This document shows, piece by piece, positions 9,813 to 18,806 of a stretch of 64,000 nucleotides of DNA; the stretch's first letter is position 1, and each line of letters opens with the position of its first letter. The notes below the pieces were generated by a model. That model saw only the letters and a program-made list of their open reading frames with translations, searched no databases and was not told the origin of the DNA. Source of the stretch: an uncultured Candidatus Binatia bacterium (GTDB lineage Bacteria > Desulfobacterota > Binatia > Bin18); NCBI GenBank assembly GCA_965200965.1, contig OZ241744.1:864001-928000 (forward strand), written 5' to 3'. Position numbers and translations under genes: made by a program.

Positions 9813-10273
9813 TTAGTTGCACCACCTCGGGTTTATCAGGACATAGCCCTGTTTACTCTCTTCCCAAGTGACTGAAACAGACCGATTAGGAAAAATGGGG
9901 TGTGGGATAGTCTCACAGAACGATTCAACACCTCGGACAAACTCCTGCCCCAATGTCGACACCCGGAAATCGTTTGCCGTGACGAGTGTATCGTTCACAA
10001 CTAGCCCCATGCGGTGTGTTCCATCCCCAAGCAGATTCCAGTTGAAGAGCAAGCCAAAGCCGTTATTGGTATCGCCGCATGCTCTGAGCGTATCGCCGCG
10101 GGCGGTTCCATAGGCAGGATAGAGCGGGCCAACGCTCCCCCTAGATGTAGCAACGCTTCTGTCCGGGTTGTAGCATAGGGCGGGGTAGATGTTGCCGTTG
10201 TGGTGGCAGTCTGTCCGAAGGCCGGACTAGCCAAGGCCAACACCATCATCAACATAAAAATCGCCTTCATCAT
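9813..10273 (-). pseudogene. Frameshifted secreted protein with AYGTARGDT..CGDTNNGFGLLFNWNLLGDG domain
   Basis: Signal peptide MMKAIFMLMMVLALASPAFG with strong SD; the conserved-looking domain is in a different frame that has an upstream TAG. Confidence 0.65.
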
Positions 10274-10427
10274 TCTTCCTTCCTTCCTGAACCCCGAGGC
10301 CGACGAGTAACGCAATCTTGCGTTTGAGTCAAACATCATGCCCTGCCCAGTATAGACGGGTTTATAAGAGAGGAGACGGAAGGCTGTGAAGGGCTACTGG
10401 CAAAAGATTATGCCTATAAAAAATATA

Positions 10428-10439
10428 TGACTATAGTCA
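10428..10439. promoter_or_regulatory. TGACTATAGTCA palindrome (copy 2)
   Basis: Exact 12-bp core in AT-rich intergenic DNA. Confidence 0.65.
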
Positions 10440-10541
10440 AAATTACTCTGTCAAATCATATAAAAATCTCTGTTCTGTACATTTAGAGTTATTTTTTAGC
10501 TGAATAAGTGTTTGTTCGCATGGTTTTAATTTTTGAAAAAT

Positions 10542-10567
10542 TATTTTATGACTATAGTCATAAAATA
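10542..10567. promoter_or_regulatory. Perfect 26-bp palindrome with TGACTATAGTCA core (copy 3)
   Basis: TATTTTATGACTATAGTCATAAAATA. Confidence 0.7.
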
Positions 10568-10721
10568 TCGTTTTTTCTCAAAGACAGACGGCGAAGCTGG
10601 TTAATTCCGACCATCAATGTTCACTGCCTAATCAGTTAGGAGTCTCGCTGAGGACCCAGACCAACCATCCTTACAACAGTAAGCGGTGTGTTGCGACAGT
10701 GTGGGAGAACGCGCCCGAAGG

Positions 10722-10752
10722 TGAACGATGATGACCCTCATCATCAGGAAGA
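10722..10752. repeat. Dispersed about 31-bp element, copy A
   Basis: TGAACGATGATGACC-ctca-TCATCAGGA; second copy at 12076-12107. Confidence 0.6.
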
Positions 10753-10786
10753 AATTATTGTTCGCCTTTGCGTCGGTATAATCTAT

Positions 10787-10814
10787 TATTGACATAATAT
10801 ATCTTATCAGACAT
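10787..10814 (-). other. XerC/XerD dif-like site (probable chromosome dimer resolution site)
   Basis: Minus strand ATGTCTGATAA-GATATA-TTATGTCAATA; 11-6-11 layout like E. coli dif GGTGCGCATAA-TGTATA-TTATGTTAAAT; intergenic; apparent GC-skew flip. Confidence 0.75.
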
Positions 10815-10836
10815 AAAAGATTATATTGCTTCCCCC

Positions 10837-11505
10837 TTAATCAAGCTTCCGCTCAACCAACTCCTTCAGGAGCGAATTGTCGGCCATCTCTGCAAACTTT
10901 TGATAGTACGATTGGGCCTGCGTGCGATCATTGGTTTTTTCAAAAATCCTGGCCGATGATAAAAAGGCCTGTGACTGCGTCGGACCGTCTATCTCGGCAG
11001 CTTGCATATAACGGCTCTTGGCGAGCGCGATTTCCCCGGCCTGTTCTGCGACCTCGCCCAGCTTGAGCAAAGCCAGTTGCACCAAGTAATGGTCACCGTG
11101 CTTGGCGTCTGCTGCAACGGCTTGGTAGGCCCGAGCCGCTTTCCCAAACTCCCGCTGCTGCTGATAGGCGTGGCCGAGGTGCCACAAGGCCAACTGACGC
11201 GGCTGCCCGCCTAAACGGGCAGCCGCGGTTTCAAAATGCCGAATTGACCCGTCCAGAGCGTCCGGTATCAGGGTTTCTTCTGCACTTGCCGCTAAGCCCG
11301 CTCGCAGGGCTTCTAATCCGCTCGCGGTCTGGTAGTGCCAAAAGAGGCTGACACCGCCCCACACCACTAGCACGACTAGTCCAACGCCAGCCACGGTGGT
11401 CAGCAATCCCTGCCGTGGCTGACTCCAACTCGAAATCTGACGCGCCCATTCAGACAGATGCTCAAAGGGGTAACGAGTTAAGGCCGCTTTTCGTTCGGGG
11501 CGCAT
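10837..11505 (-). CDS. Membrane-anchored TPR protein (YfgM-like)
   Basis: One TM followed by Ala/Leu/Tyr helical TPR-like repeats. Confidence 0.7.
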   Translation of the reverse strand: MRPERKAALTRYPFEHLSEWARQISSWSQPRQGLLTTVAGVGLVVLVVWGGVSLFWHYQTASGLEALRAGLAASAEETLIPDALDGSIRHFETAAARLGGQPRQLALWHLGHAYQQQREFGKAARAYQAVAADAKHGDHYLVQLALLKLGEVAEQAGEIALAKSRYMQAAEIDGPTQSQAFLSSARIFEKTNDRTQAQSYYQKFAEMADNSLLKELVERKLD

Positions 11506-11511
11506 ACCGCT

Positions 11512-12033
11512 CTACATCTTGTATTTGAAATCGTCGGGAGACATTTTTTCAAGAATCTCGGCCCACTTGTCGCGCGAGACATTCGACAGGTTAGTGTCGT
11601 CTTTTTGCCCCTCTTCGATCTGTTGCAACACGCTGGACGCCTCAAGCACCTGCTTGGCTACAAAGATCGGACTTTTGGTCCGTAGGGCTAAGGAAATCGC
11701 ATCGCTGGGGCGAGCATCAATGCTCAGCGTTTTATCCCCGGCCCGCAGGCAAATCGAGGCGTAATAGGTGTTGTCCTTGAGTTCGGTGACCTCAATCAAT
11801 TCAACTTGGCCGCCCAGCTCATCAATCAGCGTACGCAGCAAATCGTGGGTCATGGGCCGCGCCATCTGAATGCTCTCCAGTTCGGTGGCCATGGCTGTGG
11901 CTTCCATAAGACCGATCCAAATCGGCAGATTGAGTTTATTGTCCACATCCTTGAGGATGACGATCGGGGTTTTGGTCATTGGGTCAAGAGTCAACCCCCC
12001 GACACGCATCTCAACAAAATTCTCTCGGGCCAT
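11512..12033 (-). CDS. Bifunctional nuclease (DUF151) family protein
   Basis: PIVILKD, LPIWIG..EA, RPMTHDL, DARPSDAI.LA. Confidence 0.93.
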   Translation of the reverse strand: MARENFVEMRVGGLTLDPMTKTPIVILKDVDNKLNLPIWIGLMEATAMATELESIQMARPMTHDLLRTLIDELGGQVELIEVTELKDNTYYASICLRAGDKTLSIDARPSDAISLALRTKSPIFVAKQVLEASSVLQQIEEGQKDDTNLSNVSRDKWAEILEKMSPDDFKYKM

Positions 12034-12075
12034 GTTTCCCCCTTGCTCTGCCCTCACGCAGCCTTGGTCCCGTAC

Positions 12076-12107
12076 TGAACGATGATGACCTCCTCTCATC
12101 AGGAGGA
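12076..12107. repeat. Dispersed about 31-bp element, copy B
   Basis: TGAACGATGATGACC-tcctc-TCATCAGGA, upstream of the DUF151 gene. Confidence 0.6.
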
Positions 12108-12146
12108 GAGCAGCGTACACTTCGCCCCGCAGCGTCAATTCGGCAT

Positions 12147-13559
12147 TCAGGCGGTGACCAGACGATCAATAACACGGTACAGTTGGTTCAGGTTGCGGCA
12201 CTCTTCAACCATGCTGCAGTATGGCGCGTAGCGATCCATTTCACTGTCCCCAAATCCCCAGGTGAGCTTGCTCTCCGGGTTGAGCCAGATCACCTGCTTG
12301 GCGCGCTGTTGGAGCTCTCTGAGCACCCACTCGTGGGGCAGATTGTAGTTATTGCGGGCATCCCCCAAGACGATGACCGTGGTGCGTTTGTTGATGATCG
12401 AAAAATGGTCACGGTGAAACGTTCGAAACGCCCGGCCAAAGTCCGAGTGGGCGTAGATGTTAATAATATTTCCCCGTAGCGATAAGTCGATGGCCGAATG
12501 GATATCGTTGTCCTCAAACAGTCGGGTGACCTCGCCGAGGTCAGCGACAAAAATATAGCTCCGCACCCGCGAGTACAAATCCTGAATAGAATAGACAAAC
12601 TGGAGCATGAAGCGCGAGACGTTGCGCACCGAGTCTGACACGTCGCACAAGATGACGACCTGGGGCTTTTCTTTTTTCTTTTTGTCAAGCACGATCTTAA
12701 ACGGCACGCCCCCATACTGGAGGTTTTTGCGTAACGTCTGCTGGAGATCAAAGCGGCCCTTTTTAGCGTGTTTGCGGCGGATGGCAATAACCTGCTTGAA
12801 GCGCTGGGCCAGCTTGGCCACCGCCTCTTTCATTTTCCGAATCTCGTCTTCAGTCAGATAGTAGAAGCTCTTATCGGCCAAGCTGCGCATCTTTTGCTGG
12901 TCACGAACCTGAGAGTCCCGCTTTTCCAGTTCAGCCCGCACATAGCTGCGAATCATATGGGCCAAGTCCTGCAGACGGCGGTCCAGATAGGTCATCATCT
13001 GTTCAATCTGTTCGGTCGACAGGCCCGCCTGCTGCAGGGCGTCTTTCATATCCGCCAACTCTTGGGTCAACTGGCCGAAGCCGAGTTGTTGGGCGACCGC
13101 ATTGGCAAACTGTCCCTCTTGAAACGAGCGCTGGATATCTTGCAGGTTGGCCTGCTCGGCCGCTTCGCGCAGCAGGCGTTCCAACTGGCCGGTGTTGTTC
13201 TCGAGCAGCGCCTGGGCTAGTTCGGACAGATCAGACCCCATGATTTCAAGCGCTTCCTTGAGTTGATCGAGAAACTGCTGGAACTCTTCTTCAGACATCT
13301 CCATGGCCTGCATGGTCGCTGTACCAGCCTCTTTGATGATTTCCCCCAAACCGCTGAAAAACATGTCAAACAGTTCGTCATAGGTCTGTATATCAACCGC
13401 TCGCTTGACCAGAGTTGAACGCAGCGTATCCTTGACCACTGCGCGCTCACCAAGACCGATCAGACCGAGCGCGGCGAACGTGTCCATATTTTCAGCGGCC
13501 GACACCTTGAGGCCGTTCTGACGCAAGAGATTGCCAAATTCGATGATTTTATCGTCCAT
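12147..13559 (-). CDS. CoxE-like VWA domain protein
   Basis: CDVSDS MIDAS, LGDARNN, WLNPE, ECRNL.QL. Confidence 0.9.
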   Translation of the reverse strand: MDDKIIEFGNLLRQNGLKVSAAENMDTFAALGLIGLGERAVVKDTLRSTLVKRAVDIQTYDELFDMFFSGLGEIIKEAGTATMQAMEMSEEEFQQFLDQLKEALEIMGSDLSELAQALLENNTGQLERLLREAAEQANLQDIQRSFQEGQFANAVAQQLGFGQLTQELADMKDALQQAGLSTEQIEQMMTYLDRRLQDLAHMIRSYVRAELEKRDSQVRDQQKMRSLADKSFYYLTEDEIRKMKEAVAKLAQRFKQVIAIRRKHAKKGRFDLQQTLRKNLQYGGVPFKIVLDKKKKEKPQVVILCDVSDSVRNVSRFMLQFVYSIQDLYSRVRSYIFVADLGEVTRLFEDNDIHSAIDLSLRGNIINIYAHSDFGRAFRTFHRDHFSIINKRTTVIVLGDARNNYNLPHEWVLRELQQRAKQVIWLNPESKLTWGFGDSEMDRYAPYCSMVEECRNLNQLYRVIDRLVTA

Positions 13560-13658
13560 GAGTCCTCTCCCAAAGTGAGCGATGACAGGCGCTTTATGCA
13601 GAAGATACCATTGGCCCACTTTGCTCATCGTAGTGCAAGCGGCCGCCCTCTCCCCTGT

Positions 13659-14615
13659 TTAGTGTAAGAGGTCTTCGTGCTCGCCCTCTTCAACGGTTTG
13701 GGCTTTCTTCTTTTGCAGGTAGTCCTTTAACTCCGCCTCGGCTTTACGCACATCTCCCTCATATTTCAGGATGGCGTTCAGAGTCTCGTTGACCACCCCT
13801 TCCTCAAGCTTATGCACATTGAGCAGGGTCAGGGCCTTGGCCCAGTCCAGGGTTTCGCTGATGCTGGGGACCTTTTTCAGGTCCAGTTTGCGAATATTCT
13901 GGATGATCTCGACCACCTCCCCAGCCAGTTTCTCGGACACTCCCGGGACCTTGAGTTTGACAATATCGAGTTCCTGTTTGTGATCTGGAAAATCGATATA
14001 CAGGTGGAGGCAGCGCCGCTTGAGCGCGTCAGACATCTCCCGCGCGTTATTACTGGTCAGCACGACGAGCGGGATATGCTTGGCCTGAAGCGTGCCCAGT
14101 TCCGGCACACTGACCTGAAAATCGCTCAGCACCTCGAGTAAAAAGGCTTCAAACTCACTGTCTGATTTGTCGATCTCATCAATCAGCAGGACTAACCGCT
14201 CGTTGGCCGATATGGCTTGCAGGAGAGGCCGCGGCAGAATGAAGCGGTCAGAAAAGAACACTGTATCCTGGTCTGCAATCCGCTCAACCGCGTCTTTGAG
14301 GGTCGCCGTCCCTTCAAGGGTTTCGCTGATTTTGTCCTTAAGAATCTGCGTATACAGCAGCTGCTTGGCATACTCCCACTCATACAGCGCCTTAGCCTCA
14401 TCGAGCCCCTCATAGCACTGCAGACGGATCAATTGGCACCGCAGAGACGCCGCCACGACTTTGGCTAACTCGGTCTTGCCAACTCCGGCTGGCCCTTCCA
14501 CCAGAATCGGTTTTCGCAGATGACTCGCCAAGTAGACGATCGTTGCAATACGCCGATCACAGATATACTGCTCGTCGGCAAATTTACTGATCACATCTTC
14601 AATAGATTCGAACAT
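13659..14615 (-). CDS. CoxD-like MoxR AAA+ ATPase
   Basis: GPAGVGKT, RLQCYEGLD, LLIDEIDK, SDALKRRC. Confidence 0.93.
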   Translation of the reverse strand: MFESIEDVISKFADEQYICDRRIATIVYLASHLRKPILVEGPAGVGKTELAKVVAASLRCQLIRLQCYEGLDEAKALYEWEYAKQLLYTQILKDKISETLEGTATLKDAVERIADQDTVFFSDRFILPRPLLQAISANERLVLLIDEIDKSDSEFEAFLLEVLSDFQVSVPELGTLQAKHIPLVVLTSNNAREMSDALKRRCLHLYIDFPDHKQELDIVKLKVPGVSEKLAGEVVEIIQNIRKLDLKKVPSISETLDWAKALTLLNVHKLEEGVVNETLNAILKYEGDVRKAEAELKDYLQKKKAQTVEEGEHEDLLH

Positions 14616-14738
14616 CCTTCCTCCCCAAGGCGAGTGATTTGGGCCAACCTAGCACAAGGGTAGGCGAAAGACAACGCGCACACCCAACCGGTACCGCTTG
14701 CGCCCGGCAACGCTCCGCCTCTATAATCCGTCCCCGTT

Positions 14739-15506
14739 ATGTGTACCCTGGCTCTGTATTTCCGCGTTTTTGCCGACTCTCCCATTGTGGTCGCGGCCAA
14801 CCGTGATGAATTGCTCGCCCGCCCCTCAGATCCCCCTCTTCAACTGGCGATCAATCCCTGGATATGGGGCGGGCGTGATCGGATCGCCGGCGGCACATGG
14901 CTAGGCGTGAATGCCGCCGGCGTCATGGCCGGTATTCTTAACCGCCAGTCCCCCCTCCCCCCAGACCCAAGTCGCCGCTCACGCGGTCAACTCTGCCTCG
15001 ACGCCCTGCGCTATCCATCGGCCACCCAAGCTGCCGAACAGATCATTCGTCACTTTCCGCACGAATATAATCCTTTCACCCTGGTGATCGCTGATACACA
15101 GCGAGCCTACGCCATCAACACGGCACCTATTGCCCTCGCCCTGCACACCCTCAAGCCCGGTCTCTACCTGTTTACCAACCGTGATTTTAACGACCCCAGT
15201 TGTCCCCGCATTGCGCGTCTGCTCCCCCATTTCCAACAGCTCAGCCAGACGACAGAGCAGCCTGCCTTTGCCGCTCTGGGTCCCCAACTACGCCACCTTA
15301 TGGCCGACCACGGTACCCGTCCTCCCGAACTGGAGGGAGCGCCCTCCGAGCCCGATACCCGTAACAGCCTGTGCCTGCACCTGGACGGCTATGGCACATG
15401 TTCGTCCACCCTCCTAGCCTATCAGACCGAAGTCCAGTCTTACCACTATCTGTTTGCCCCGGGTGCCCCATGTCAGCACCCTTATGAGATGGTGTCTCTG
15501 CCGTAA
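14739..15506 (+). CDS. NRDE/TANGO2 family protein
   Basis: MC start, AANRDE, GGTWLG, SRGQL, YGT.SST. Confidence 0.92.
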   Translation: MCTLALYFRVFADSPIVVAANRDELLARPSDPPLQLAINPWIWGGRDRIAGGTWLGVNAAGVMAGILNRQSPLPPDPSRRSRGQLCLDALRYPSATQAAEQIIRHFPHEYNPFTLVIADTQRAYAINTAPIALALHTLKPGLYLFTNRDFNDPSCPRIARLLPHFQQLSQTTEQPAFAALGPQLRHLMADHGTRPPELEGAPSEPDTRNSLCLHLDGYGTCSSTLLAYQTEVQSYHYLFAPGAPCQHPYEMVSLP

Positions 15507-15539
15507 AGGTCAACGATCTCTTCCTGCTTATGAGGATCG

Positions 15540-16283
15540 TCATTGACCTTCCAGCCCAGACGCTAACCAGCCCCCGTCAAGCACATAAGTCGCGCCCGAT
15601 ATAAAATCTCCCTGCTCGATCAGAAAGCGTACTGTACGGGCTACATCGTGCGGGCTGCCAAGCCGGCCCAGGGGCGTGTTGCGGCGGAGGCGTTCCAACT
15701 CGGCAGTCGTGTATATGGCGGGCGGTAAGACCGGGCCGGGCGCAATCGTATTGACTTGGACCTGGGGTGCCAGGGCTTTGGCCAAGGCTAGACTCAGGGT
15801 CTGGATACCGCCTTTGGACACACAATAGGCTAAATAGTCCTGGGACGGCCGCAGCCCGCTCCAGTCGCCGAGCTGAATAATTTTTCCCGCCCCCTGACGA
15901 CACATGACCCGACCCAACTGGATTCCTAAACAGAACGCCGCGGTCAAATTTGTGTGTAGAAAAGCGTTCCAGTCCGCAGTGCTGAGCCGGGCAATGGGGG
16001 TCGGGTAAAAGAGGGCAGCATTATTCACTAGCACATCGACCCGGCCGTCGAACTCCAGGGCCTGATCGCCCAACCGTTGGACATCTGCCACCCGGCGCAA
16101 GTCCGCCTTGAGGATATGTGTCCGACGTCCACGCAGGCGGATAGCAGCCGCCAACTCCCGCGCAGAAGAGGTATGGACATGCAAGATGACATCCGCCCCA
16201 GCCTCGGCCAGCGTCAGGGCAATGGCCCGTCCCAACCGCCGGGCCGCCCCGGTCACCAGCGCAACACATCCCTCTAGTTGCAT
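15540..16283 (-). CDS. SDR oxidoreductase, pteridine reductase/FolM-like
   Basis: TGAARRLG, VNNAALF, YCVSK, VNTIAPG. Confidence 0.8.
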   Translation of the reverse strand: MQLEGCVALVTGAARRLGRAIALTLAEAGADVILHVHTSSARELAAAIRLRGRRTHILKADLRRVADVQRLGDQALEFDGRVDVLVNNAALFYPTPIARLSTADWNAFLHTNLTAAFCLGIQLGRVMCRQGAGKIIQLGDWSGLRPSQDYLAYCVSKGGIQTLSLALAKALAPQVQVNTIAPGPVLPPAIYTTAELERLRRNTPLGRLGSPHDVARTVRFLIEQGDFISGATYVLDGGWLASGLEGQ

Positions 16284-16864
16284 CTCTGGCCCCGCTATCA
16301 GCTTTCTCGATCGGCACTGTGGCAAAGGCGAATTTGGATATGTTGCCGCGCGATCTCAGCGTAGCGGAGGGTCAAGGTGCGCATGAAGATATGCGCTGCC
16401 CTAACCGGTAGACAAACGAGATACAGGCCACTTGACCCCATCTGTAACAATAACCGTGATTTTTTCCATGGTTTTGACCCTTTGAGTGAGGACTGTGACT
16501 GTATGGGTTTATCCAGAAAGGGTCAAGAAAAAGACGATCCACCCATATTACTCCTTCAACCGGACACAACCTTCCAGCTTCCAGAAGCCAAATACATATA
16601 ATAAGCAAGTAATAATTTTCTGAAAAATAAAAAGAAATAAAATTAGAATAAAAATTATTGCTAAAGAAATAATAAAGTAAAAAATAACTAAATAAAAAGA
16701 AAAACAGAAGAAAAGATTTTTCTTAGTAAATTCAATATGTTAGAAGAATATTAACCTCGCTTCAGATCTATTTTAGTCACGAAGACAAAATAGAAAACAG
16801 GAAAGAAATTTGGCGATCAGTAATAATAGCTTGGATTTTATAGCCCAAGTAATAAATAATGGCC

Positions 16865-16896
16865 TTTTCCACAGAGTTAAGAAATACTGTGGATAA
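16865..16896. promoter_or_regulatory. Inverted pair of DnaA boxes next to an extremely AT-rich tract (about 16595-16860)
   Basis: TTTTCCACA (16865-16873) and TGTGGATAA (16888-16896; perfect TTATCCACA on minus strand). Confidence 0.5.
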
Positions 16897-16925
16897 AACA
16901 CAGCAACAAAAGACAGGAAACAAGC

Positions 16926-17681
16926 ATGGAAGCGAGTACCACAGCACGGCGGGGAGTCCGCCCAAAAAGTCCGAATGCCCCGGCCTACACCATCCAGGAG
17001 TGCTTGGAGGATATCCGCAAAATCTTTCGAGCAGAGCATCAAGTCCCGATTAGCCGGGAGTCTATAGCCGAACACCTGAGTTTGGCGGCACAATCGGGGC
17101 CTTTTAACAGGAAACTGAGCAGTCTACGTCAATTTGGCTTGCTTGAGCCAATCGGTAAGGACCTTCGGGTGAGCGACCTGTTTTTGCGTATTGAGCACGC
17201 CGCAGACGAAAACGATCGCTATCATGCCCTGCGAGAAGCCATAGGCCGGCCGACCATCTTTCAAGGCTTGCTCGGCCAATACGAAAACAGCGGTACGCCT
17301 TCGGATATCAACCTGACGAACCAGTTGATTATCAAATATCGTTTCACCAAAAAGAACGCCGAAACTGTCTCAAAAGCGTTTTTAGAATCTTACCGATTTG
17401 CCGGTCTAGGACCGCAAACGCGCCCGCTGTCTTCACCGGCTCTGCCCTTCCCCGCTCCTCCAGCACCGCCTCCAATACCCGATCCGTCTCCCTCGGTGCA
17501 GCCTATCCCCACGGTCCCCTCCCCTATTCCAAACGAGCCGCCTCACCGGCCTCAGTGCCGTCAGGAAATCCCGCTCGGCACAGCTCGACGCGCCGTGCTT
17601 GAGCTGCCTGACGACGTGACACCCGAGGAAATCGCCAAAGTGATACGGGTCCTTAAAGCCCTGGTCGACACCGACACCTAA
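16926..17681 (+). CDS. Hypothetical winged-helix-like protein with Pro-rich linker (DUF5343-like)
   Basis: SPNAPAY..., SGPFNRKLSSLRQFGLL, Pro-rich linker, C-terminal LELPDD small domain. Confidence 0.6.
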   Translation: MEASTTARRGVRPKSPNAPAYTIQECLEDIRKIFRAEHQVPISRESIAEHLSLAAQSGPFNRKLSSLRQFGLLEPIGKDLRVSDLFLRIEHAADENDRYHALREAIGRPTIFQGLLGQYENSGTPSDINLTNQLIIKYRFTKKNAETVSKAFLESYRFAGLGPQTRPLSSPALPFPAPPAPPPIPDPSPSVQPIPTVPSPIPNEPPHRPQCRQEIPLGTARRAVLELPDDVTPEEIAKVIRVLKALVDTDT

Positions 17682-17933
17682 GCGATCCCGAGTCGGACAA
17701 GGAGCACGGACATGTCTGAGCAGGCGGCCCTTTCTGCCAAGCCTTGGAGAATCTGTTCTTTCGATAAGAGAACTGGATCAACGCTGTCTTTTCCAACATA
17801 ATTCGTCCGCTCCGCAAAATTATGTCAACTTTATTCTCTTCCGCCTCTTTCACTCCAGACAAAACTGACCTATTGACCGGCTATCTGGATTTCTGCATTG
17901 TAGGTCCAGTTCGGATTCACAGTTGAGGAACAT

Positions 17934-18782
17934 ATGCACTACTTGACCCGCCTAGTCGAATTTGAGGCCTCACACCGGTACTGGAACCCGGACTTCACAC
18001 CGGAGCACAACCACCAGACCTTTGGGAAATGTGTCAGCCCCTACGGTCACGGCCATAACTATGTACTCCACGTCACCCTGGCCGGCCGGGTGGCCCCCCA
18101 CACCGGCATGGTCATCAATATCACTGAACTTGACCGTATTCTCAAACAGGTCAGCGCCGAGTTTGACCACAAGTTCATCAACCTTGACCACTCAGCCTTT
18201 CACGACCGCATCCCAACGACCGAAAACCTTGCGTCGTATATGCGCGACCGCATTGAAGACACGCTTTGCACCCAGCACCACGCAGACTACCGCCTCACTC
18301 TGGTCCGGCTGTCTGAAGAACCCAGCCTGTGGTCTGATGTGATTGGTGGAGAAGGAAAGAATATGGCCTCCTTAACCAAGACCTTCGGTTTCAGCGCGGC
18401 GCACCGCTTACACAGCAACGCACTCTCCGAGGAAGAAAACCGGGCCGTTTTCGGCAAGTGTAACAATCAGCACGGGCACGGGCACAACTACGAGCTCGAA
18501 GTAACGGTCAGCGGTCCCATCGCTCCACAGACCGGCATGGTCATGAACTTGGCAGTGTTGATGCGCATTGTCCGGGAAGAAGTGCTGGACCGCTTTGACC
18601 ATAAACATCTGAATGAGGATACCTTGGAATTTCAAACCCTTAACCCGACCGGCGAAAACATTGTCCGGGTGATCTGGGACCTGCTCAAGCCACGAGTCGG
18701 CGAGCGCCTGACCAAGGTCGGGCTGTGGGAAACGCCCAAAAACTTCTTTGAGTACCACGGCGAAGAAGGTGATTGCTCCTGA
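17934..18782 (+). CDS. Tandem 6-pyruvoyl-tetrahydropterin synthase (two PTPS/QueD domains)
   Basis: Two copies of F.A.HR, Cx5HGHNY, DHK..N, PT.EN. Confidence 0.92.
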   Translation: MHYLTRLVEFEASHRYWNPDFTPEHNHQTFGKCVSPYGHGHNYVLHVTLAGRVAPHTGMVINITELDRILKQVSAEFDHKFINLDHSAFHDRIPTTENLASYMRDRIEDTLCTQHHADYRLTLVRLSEEPSLWSDVIGGEGKNMASLTKTFGFSAAHRLHSNALSEEENRAVFGKCNNQHGHGHNYELEVTVSGPIAPQTGMVMNLAVLMRIVREEVLDRFDHKHLNEDTLEFQTLNPTGENIVRVIWDLLKPRVGERLTKVGLWETPKNFFEYHGEEGDCS

Positions 18783-18806
18783 CCGCTGCATCAAGAGAGG
18801 AATCGT

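Noticed and set aside
16500-16925. Chromosomal oriC
   Set aside because: Only 2-3 DnaA boxes, no dnaA/dnaN/parAB, and no apparent C-rich to G-rich switch; a dif-like site lies nearby.
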